Below the pieces are notes generated by a model. It was given only the letters and a program-made list of their open reading frames with translations. It had not been told where the DNA came from and searched no databases. Positions 53,230 to 59,412 of a DNA stretch of 59,412 bases are shown one piece after another (position 1 is the stretch's first letter; the number at the start of each line of letters is the position of its first letter). A program made the position numbers and the translations under genes. Source of the DNA: a virus (lineage: Duplodnaviria > Caudoviricetes). The DNA lies in IMG/VR virus record IMGVR_UViG_3300024520_000077, positions 1-59,412 of that record; one strand, written 5' to 3'.

Positions 53230-53634
53230 TCAGATGCAATCGGCGAGCGTGGGGCCGCCCGTCTGCGCCCAGTCGACCGGCCAGAAGAATCCCACCCGGT
53301 CGGCCTCCAGCGTGGCGAAGACGTAGACACCGGGAGCCAGGCGGGTGCATGACCGCTCGACGCCGTCCTCGCCGACGACGTAGCCGACCAGGTCGACACC
53401 GGTCGAGGTGCGGATGGTGATCTCGTAGCGCGCCGGCGAGCCTTCCTCGAAGGACAGGTCGGTCGGGAGGGTGAGCGTCACGTCACCGGCGAGGATGGCG
53501 ACGTCCTCACAGGCGAACGTGGCGTAGGTGGTGTCGACGTCGGGCCGGAGGGTGCAGGCCGGGTCAGGCTGGGCGGCGACCGGCAGGGCCATGACCAGGG
53601 CGAGGGCGGAGAGGGCGATCAGAGTCTTCTTCAT
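53230..53634 (-). CDS. Secreted protein
   Basis: MKKTLIALSALALVMALPVAA-Q signal peptide; AAAGGAG RBS. Confidence 0.75.
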   Translation of the reverse strand: MKKTLIALSALALVMALPVAAQPDPACTLRPDVDTTYATFACEDVAILAGDVTLTLPTDLSFEEGSPARYEITIRTSTGVDLVGYVVGEDGVERSCTRLAPGVYVFATLEADRVGFFWPVDWAQTGGPTLADCI

Positions 53635-53742
53635 GGGCGGGTGCTCCTTTGGGTTTGTGGAGCTCCGAGCGTACCACGGCCAGGACCGCCCGGTCGAGGC
53701 GCTCGAGTGCCTGCTGCCGGCGGAGGTAGTCGGCTGAGGCGT

Positions 53743-54445
53743 TCACCGCTCGGCCTCTCGCCGCCGCTCATCGGCCCGGACCGTCTCAAGGGCTCGGGAC
53801 ACGATCGCCGCCGCATGGTCGCGGAGATCCTTCGGGGCGACGGGCCCGCGACCCCACAGGCCCTCGATCAAGTCCGCGGCGTCGCGTAGTTCCATCGCCT
53901 GCGTCGTTGCGCTCTCGACGAGGGCGGTGATCTGCGCCGGCGTCATTCGCCCGCCTCCAGGATCGCCGCCTGAAGCCCTTCCCGGGCGATGAGGTCGGCG
54001 GCGAAGGTCCGCGCGATCGGGAGCCACCGGCCGGCCACCAGGATCGCATCGACCGCGGCAGCTGCCCGGGTGGCCCTCAGCTCAGCCGTGGCGATGCGAC
54101 CGACGGCGACCGGCTGCCCGTCCTCGGTCACCGGTTCGAAGGTGACGCGCAGCCGGCCGAGGGTGGTGGCGACTTCGGCGGAGAGGATCACGCGATGCTC
54201 CCGCCTGCTGCCTTAGCATCGCCACCGGCCGCGGTCACGTCGAAGGGAGAGAAGCTCTTGAGGATTCCAAGAAGGATGAAGACACCGACGACGTTCCAGA
54301 ATCCGGGGTCAAGATAGACCTCCGGGAGGAAGTAGAAATATTTGCCGCCGAGTCCGGCCTTCGTCCACAAAACCCAGAACGGGACGGATAGAGAAGCCTT
54401 GAAGACGAAGTCGAGGATCCAGCCGAGGACGGGGATGTTGTTCAT
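53743..54445 (-). other. Three coupled small ORFs (54188-54445 membrane protein, 53943-54191, 53743-53946)
   Basis: AAAGGAG RBS; overlaps; two hydrophobic segments in the first ORF. Confidence 0.55.
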
Positions 54446-54486
54446 GATCGCTCCTTTCGCGGCGCCATCATCGACGCCGGTGCCCT

Positions 54487-54576
54487 ATCCTACGCCCTCG
54501 CCGGACACGGGTCAAGCTTTTCCGTATCGTCGCCGAACGATTTTCCCTTGACGGTACCGTGGTCTTTGTGTATGCT
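54487..54576. promoter_or_regulatory. Divergent sigma70-type promoters
   Basis: Minus strand TTGACC-17-TAGGAT (54515-54487); plus strand TTGACG-17-TATGCT (54548-54576). Confidence 0.75.
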
Positions 54577-54582
54577 GGAACC

Positions 54583-54936
54583 ATGGAAACGCAAGATCCC
54601 ACCGAACGACTGACCCCGGTCCGCGCCCGCGTGGCCTCGGGAGACACCTCCGAGACGCGCATGATGGCGTACCTGGAGCACGACGACGACCTGCCTACCT
54701 GCCGCCTGGCGGTCTGGAAGGCATGGACAGGCTACACGAACGACGTAGCGGCGAACGCGATCGGGGTCAGCGTGCTGGTGTTCGCCAACATGCTGAACGG
54801 CACCACGGCCAGGTCAGTCCGGATCCTGGAGAAGTTCGAGCGCGCGACCGGCATCCCGGCGGCTGACTGGCTCCGGGCGACTACGGCGCCTGATCCATCG
54901 GAGGGCGCCAGGGCGGCCCAGGATGTGGTAGGATAG
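54583..54936 (+). CDS. Cro/CI-like HTH regulator (leaderless)
   Basis: GYTNDVAANAIGVS...ANMLNG......LEKFERATGIPAADW. Confidence 0.7.
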   Translation: METQDPTERLTPVRARVASGDTSETRMMAYLEHDDDLPTCRLAVWKAWTGYTNDVAANAIGVSVLVFANMLNGTTARSVRILEKFERATGIPAADWLRATTAPDPSEGARAAQDVVG

Positions 54937-54941
54937 GCCCC

Positions 54942-55841
54942 ATGCCAGTCGTCACCAAACGAATGACCCTGGGCTTTCCGGCCAAACTCAAGAATGGCAC
55001 CGCCACGGCCAGCGACGAAGAGGTAGGCGGTGAAGCCTCGAACCTCCTCCTTCCGCCCCACGACTCCGGATGGCTCGTAGATCTCGCCGACGGTGGCCCC
55101 GAGTCCGTCGTGTTCAACGTCGGCGCGGCCGTTGAGCTTAACGCGATTTGGATTGACGGCGCTCGCTGTACCGGCTTCGGCCCCGAGGATCTGCGGATCA
55201 AGATCGAGACCGCGTCGGACGTTGGCTTCACCACGGACGTCACCGACTGGACGGGCGGGCTCATCCCCTACCGAATGACGAACCCCGTGTCACCGGTGCC
55301 CTACAAAGACATGACGCAGCCCAACGTCGGGCCGACCGACGCGCAGCTCCTCCGTCATATGGCCGATGGGCGGCTGCGCTTTCTCGCCCAACAGGATACC
55401 GCGCTCGATCGCCAGTTCGTGCGCGTGACGTTCGACCACACCGCCACGCCGGCAGCGGGCCAGGAGCTCTTCGTCCCGTGGATATGGGGCGGCTGGGCCT
55501 GGACGCCGACCTTTAACCCCGACTACGGCAAGGTCGCCGTTGAGCTCCTGCCGGAGGCGAACGGCCGGCAGCTCTACAAGCTCTCGGTCACCCTCCAGGC
55601 GGTGCGCGATGACGAGATCTACCGTCGCCTCTGGACTGACTTCCTCGTCGAGGAGGGCGAAGAGAACCGCCTATGGGCCTGGCTCTTTCCCGACCAGCCC
55701 GAGCGGTTCTACGAAAACGCGTTCACGTGCCAGGCGTTCCCCGGGGCCATCGACTACGAGAGCAACTACGACGCCGACGGCCATAACACGCAGGTGCCGG
55801 TTGACCTGGTCGAGAGATTCGGCTACGAAAAACAGAGGTGA
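54942..55841 (+). CDS. Probable tail (distal tail-like) structural protein
   Basis: Discoidin-like N-terminus (ASNLL...W...VVFN), RQFVRVTF, WIWGGWAWTP.FN.DYG. Confidence 0.55.
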   Translation: MPVVTKRMTLGFPAKLKNGTATASDEEVGGEASNLLLPPHDSGWLVDLADGGPESVVFNVGAAVELNAIWIDGARCTGFGPEDLRIKIETASDVGFTTDVTDWTGGLIPYRMTNPVSPVPYKDMTQPNVGPTDAQLLRHMADGRLRFLAQQDTALDRQFVRVTFDHTATPAAGQELFVPWIWGGWAWTPTFNPDYGKVAVELLPEANGRQLYKLSVTLQAVRDDEIYRRLWTDFLVEEGEENRLWAWLFPDQPERFYENAFTCQAFPGAIDYESNYDADGHNTQVPVDLVERFGYEKQR

Positions 55842-55845
55842 CCCC

Positions 55846-56379
55846 ATGCGCTTTATAGACAAGCTCGCAGATATCGTCCTGATCATCGCTGGCCTTCTCG
55901 GCGGCGCCATCGCCCTACAGCTCATCGCGTCGTGCGCCACTGCCCCGGCAGCCGCTCAGACCCGGTCGGTGCAGGAGGCGGACCTATGCCTCGGCGGCGG
56001 CTGTGGCCAGCCGTGGTGCACTCAGCGAGGCGTCAAGACGCCCCAGCTCTTCCTCTGTGGCGAGGGCGAAGACCTGGCGCTCGAGTTCAAGAAAGAGACG
56101 GCGCTCGATACCCATTGGGTCGTGGCCTCGCCGGACGACGCCGGGGGCGACAACGACGACGACCTCACCTTCGGCACCGACACGCTCGCCGACGTCTTGG
56201 TGCTCGGCGCTGCTGGCGTCGTCACCGTGGGTGACGTGCTCGCCATGGTGCCGCGCGCGACCGCTCCGGGGTCACCGACCGACGGGATGGTCTACTACGA
56301 CTCGACCGGCTCCGACGCGGTTTGCGCCCGGATCAACGGCTCGTGGGTCGTCCTGGGCGGCGGCGGGAGTTGCGCGTGA
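55846..56379 (+). CDS. Fibre-like protein with signal/lipoprotein-type N-terminus
   Basis: Hydrophobic N-terminus ending LIASC; C-terminal APGSPTDGMVYYDS....INGSW fibre motif. Confidence 0.55.
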   Translation: MRFIDKLADIVLIIAGLLGGAIALQLIASCATAPAAAQTRSVQEADLCLGGGCGQPWCTQRGVKTPQLFLCGEGEDLALEFKKETALDTHWVVASPDDAGGDNDDDLTFGTDTLADVLVLGAAGVVTVGDVLAMVPRATAPGSPTDGMVYYDSTGSDAVCARINGSWVVLGGGGSCA

Positions 56380-56860
56380 TCACGATCCCCGTGAGCCGAG
56401 GCGCTGCCGACGCCTTCGCCGACCCCGTGGCCCTGAAAGCCTTCGAGCGACGCGTAGCCGCGGACCTTCGGGCTCGCCTCGAGGTCGAGCTCGACAGGCT
56501 CATCGCCGCCGAGGTCCATAGGGAGCGGGCGAAGTCGTCACCGTCTGGCGTCCTCCGAGTGACCTGCTCATGAACGACGTCACCGTCTTCGCCCTCGCGA
56601 CCGCCAACGCTCGCGGCTTCCTTGACGCCTATGACTCCTCCCATCCGGCCGGCGGATTCGAGAGGGCCGAGGCCGCGCATCGATTCTACGGCTGTTGCGA
56701 GGCCCTCGCGGAGGCCCTGAGCAAGTCGCTCGGAGGCGACGCCGCGGGGCGTGATTACGATCACCAGTTCGGCCGAAGGTACCGTCAACGCTCGCCGGCC
56801 CCGGCGCACCCTGTAGGCCGGCCGACCTGCGGGTACCACGGCTCAGGGAGGACGGCATGA
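56376..56860 (+). other. Two coupled small ORFs (56376-56573, 56570-56860)
   Basis: GTGA/ATGA overlaps. Confidence 0.45.
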
Positions 56861-56991
56861 GGATCTACGCATGAAGACCCAGCAAAGCACGAATCCGACT
56901 TCGTGGCTCCCGCACATCTGAAGCTCTGCCGCCTCGCCCATAGACAAGACGGGCGGCCGGGAACGGTCCCCGGGGGTGTGCCTCGGGGGCC

Positions 56992-57321
56992 TTACGACAG
57001 GATGACGGTGAGCGAGGCGTCAGCCGACGCTTCGAGCCGGAGGCGAATCTTGCCGGCGTTGAGGGAGATCGTCTCGGCTGCCCCTTGGTCGCTATCGATG
57101 TCGGGGTGGCCCTTGGTGAACGTCGTCCCGAGGTCGCCGGAGTATTCCACGGACAGGACGCCGCCGCCGAGGCTGCCGGCGAGCTGTAGTGTCCCCTGGC
57201 CGCCGCGCCAGTCGATCGGGTCCGTCGTGCCGTCGGCGTCGAAGGTCCACGTGTCGCGCCTCTCGGCGTTGTCCTCGTCGTCTCGGCGGCGGTCGGCGAT
57301 GAAGTTGTAGGTGATGGCCAT
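56992..57321 (-). CDS. Small beta-rich virion-type protein
   Basis: G..GGG.LSVEYS.D.GTTF...IRLRL pattern. Confidence 0.55.
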   Translation of the reverse strand: MAITYNFIADRRRDDEDNAERRDTWTFDADGTTDPIDWRGGQGTLQLAGSLGGGVLSVEYSGDLGTTFTKGHPDIDSDQGAAETISLNAGKIRLRLEASADASLTVILS

Positions 57322-57328
57322 GGCGTCC

Positions 57329-58033
57329 TCAGATGATGTTGAACCCCGCGTAGACGTCGATCACGACCCCTTGCGGGTTGATGACGATCACTCGGACATC
57401 GGTGCACGGCTGCATCTCGAACGGCGTCGGGAACGTCTGCTCGAGCGATGACTGGACGATCGACAGCGGAAGCGGGTTCCCCGCGTTCGTCCATCCTGCC
57501 CCAGGAAGCCGCGTCTGTAGCTGCACCCGGGCCTTTTTCGCGTCGTCCTGTCCGGCCGTCGAGAAGAAGACGGAGCCCGCGACCCACTCGAGCAGCTCGC
57601 GGCGCTCCGACCCTACGGCGAAAACGCACGTCTCGGAGACCCCGTTACCGGCCACGATGCGGCCAGCCGGAGTCCCGCCGATCGAGGCGATGATGTCGCC
57701 GGCGGGCTGTGGGATGTCGCGGTCGCCGGCCGCCACGTGAATCAGCTTGCGGATCCTGAGAACGCCGAGGCCGAGGCCCACAAAGGCCGAGACCGGCGTC
57801 AAGCCGTCCGTGGCGACGTTTTCCTTATGGATGCGACAGTCGCCGGCGCCGTGGTCGACGATGACCTCGGCGTTCACCGTCCCCACGCCGCCGCCTCCCG
57901 GGTTGTCCTCCGCGGACGTCGAGACCAGGGTGAAGACGCCGGCAGCAGCCGGAAAGGGCGTATCTGCGGCGCTGAGGCCGACGGTGGCGCCGTCGACGTT
58001 ATTGGCAAGGAGATTTCCGAAGGTGAGTGGCAT
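57329..58033 (-). CDS. Probable virion structural protein
   Basis: LVSTSAED..GG.GV.TV...E.V..DG.TPV...LRI pattern common in phage structural proteins; GGAGG RBS. Confidence 0.55.
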   Translation of the reverse strand: MPLTFGNLLANNVDGATVGLSAADTPFPAAAGVFTLVSTSAEDNPGGGGVGTVNAEVIVDHGAGDCRIHKENVATDGLTPVSAFVGLGLGVLRIRKLIHVAAGDRDIPQPAGDIIASIGGTPAGRIVAGNGVSETCVFAVGSERRELLEWVAGSVFFSTAGQDDAKKARVQLQTRLPGAGWTNAGNPLPLSIVQSSLEQTFPTPFEMQPCTDVRVIVINPQGVVIDVYAGFNII

Positions 58034-58201
58034 AGGGGACCTCCGGCTCGCCGGCTGCTCTTGACTCCGAATTCCCGTGATTGCGGGCCGGTGTCGGGAA
58101 TTGAACCCCGCTTGCCCTGTGAGCACTAGTTTTACAAGGCCGGCGAGCCTGGCTCAAGTGTCGCGCAAGCCGCCGCCGATGTCAAGGCTCGTCCGTGGCG
58201 C

Positions 58202-58471
58202 TCAGCGGCGTTGCTCCATGTCCGCCCCTCCTCCCGGGCAGTGGTCCGGCGAGTACTCCAAGTCGACAGCCTCGCCGTATTGCATCCACCACATGGACCC
58301 TAGGTAGGTGTCGACGCACCGCACGTCCGATCCCGATCGTCCGCCGTCCTCGATCACGTAGACCTTCGGTGGTGGCTTCTCGGCCGGTTGGGGAGGGGCG
58401 GCGGCGGGGTTGGCGCAACCGGTCAAGATCACGACCAGGCCCACACCGATCGGGACGAGCTGCGCGCTCAT
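58202..58471 (-). CDS. Small Pro-rich lipoprotein
   Basis: LVVILTGC lipobox; ATGA-coupled. Confidence 0.65.
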   Translation of the reverse strand: MSAQLVPIGVGLVVILTGCANPAAAPPQPAEKPPPKVYVIEDGGRSGSDVRCVDTYLGSMWWMQYGEAVDLEYSPDHCPGGGADMEQRR

Positions 58472-58725
58472 GGCGCGAGTCCTCGGCCGGTCTCGGGATC
58501 GACTCCGGCCTTGCGGCATAGGCCCGTGGCGGCTGTCGACCCAAGACCGCACCGGGAAGACACGACTCCCCAGAAAAAGCCATCGCGCTTCCGGTGCCGG
58601 CGACCGAGCGACCTGATCAACTGGAAGAGGAGGCTTTCCGCCGACCTCATGCTCGGAAAGGCCGGCGCGTCGATCTCGGCGGCGGCGGTTGACGGGGCGG
58701 GGTGATTCGTGGGATCTTTGCTCAT
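58468..58725 (-). CDS. Hypothetical protein (allele A of its N-terminus at 1-147)
   Basis: AGGAGG RBS in both alleles; MSKDPTNHPAPST versus MEDSHNRPAPST. Confidence 0.65.
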   Translation of the reverse strand: MSKDPTNHPAPSTAAAEIDAPAFPSMRSAESLLFQLIRSLGRRHRKRDGFFWGVVSSRCGLGSTAATGLCRKAGVDPETGRGLAP

Positions 58726-58837
58726 GCGGGAGCCTCCTGGTTAAGGGGTCAAGGTTGCCGTAGACGCGGGCCGGCACACACCGGCCCGTCGTCATTCACG
58801 CAAGTCTACCACGCCCCGGGCCGCCCTGGGGCGTTTC

Positions 58838-59110
58838 TCATTCCCGGCGGACGCCGCTGCCGGTCGCTTCGAGCTCGCGTCGCTCCAGGCGGTCGACGCT
58901 GTCCGCCAGGCCGCGCAGGGCCACCAGGGTCGCCGTCTGGCCCTCTTCGGAGGCGCGGCAGAGCCCGAGGATTTCCTTGAGCGTGGCGGCCTTGGCCTTG
59001 TCGTGGATGCGGTCGATCTCGCGCCGGGCATCGTCGGCGGCCGATCGTCGAAAGACGCCGTAGAGGGCGACGAGGGCGACGGCGAGGGTAGACAGGCCGG
59101 CGATATCCAT
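58838..59110 (-). CDS. Single-TM holin-like protein present only in allele B
   Basis: MDIAGLSTLAVALVALYGVFRR plus helical tail; directly after tail gene stop. Confidence 0.55.
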   Translation of the reverse strand: MDIAGLSTLAVALVALYGVFRRSAADDARREIDRIHDKAKAATLKEILGLCRASEEGQTATLVALRGLADSVDRLERRELEATGSGVRRE

Positions 59111-59112
59111 GT

Positions 59113-59412
59113 CTACGGCGCCGGCGTACCGCTCGCCTCGCTGCTGTCCGCGCTCTCGTCGCCGTTGCCGTTCAGGGCGCGTACCGTCCACGTGTGGAGC
59201 AAGCCGTTCGTCAGGCCGGTATGGGTGAAGCTCGTCCCGGTGATCGGCGAGCCAGGGACCAAGGACGGGAGCGAGAGGGTGTAGAAGTAGAGGTTATAGC
59301 CCGAGGCCCCGTTGATCGCGTCCCAGGTCAGCGTGGCCTCGGTGTCGCCGGTGACCACCGCGAGATTCTCCGGCGCGGCCTTGATGTCGAAGACGGAGCC
59401 CGAGACGACGAC
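59113..59412 (-). CDS. 3' end (FN3 domain) of a second allele of the tail tip protein, partial
   Basis: Near-identical protein to the C-terminus of 328-3276, with many synonymous changes. Confidence 0.9.
   Translation of the reverse strand, partial: VVVSGSVFDIKAAPENLAVVTGDTEATLTWDAINGASGYNLYFYTLSLPSLVPGSPITGTSFTHTGLTNGLLHTWTVRALNGNGDESADSSEASGTPAP

Larger units (their letters stand above)
58576..59412. repeat. Right copy of terminal redundancy (allele B)
   Basis: See 1-627. Confidence 0.95.

Overview
This window is an apparently complete, GC-rich (roughly two-thirds GC by eye) tailed-phage genome of siphovirus type. It closes into a circle of about 58,575 bp: bases 1-127 recur exactly at 58576-58702, and the rest of the right end is a diverged second allele of the left end. 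Recognisable core genes are TerS, TerL, an HK97-like portal, a gpF-like head protein, prohead protease, major capsid, neck and tail genes, a tail chaperone with a -1 frameshift, a 1931-aa tape measure, a LamG/FN3 tail protein, a RecE-like nuclease, a replication initiator with internal iterons, and RusA. I recognised no integrase, DNA polymerase, helicase or endolysin. The head genes are spread apart by promoter-bearing accessory cassettes. Anti-restriction content is heavy: four DNA methyltransferases, a Lar protein and an Arr-like ADP-ribosyltransferase. The best candidate for a new system is a pair of endonuclease insertions into methyltransferase genes that show no intron or intein features yet keep a host frame open. 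One is a Zn-finger/DUF559 (EDxHD-like) nuclease nested codon-aligned on the antisense strand of an adenine MTase. The other is an HNH cassette that duplicates the start of a two-frame C5 MTase. Further oddities: a terL start stub followed by a promoter and paralogue cassette, a 50-25-50 bp repeat whose spacer is copied from the tape-measure gene, two MTase paralogues with different middle regions, and several candidate structured RNAs. All calls come from motif recognition by eye; no database search was run.
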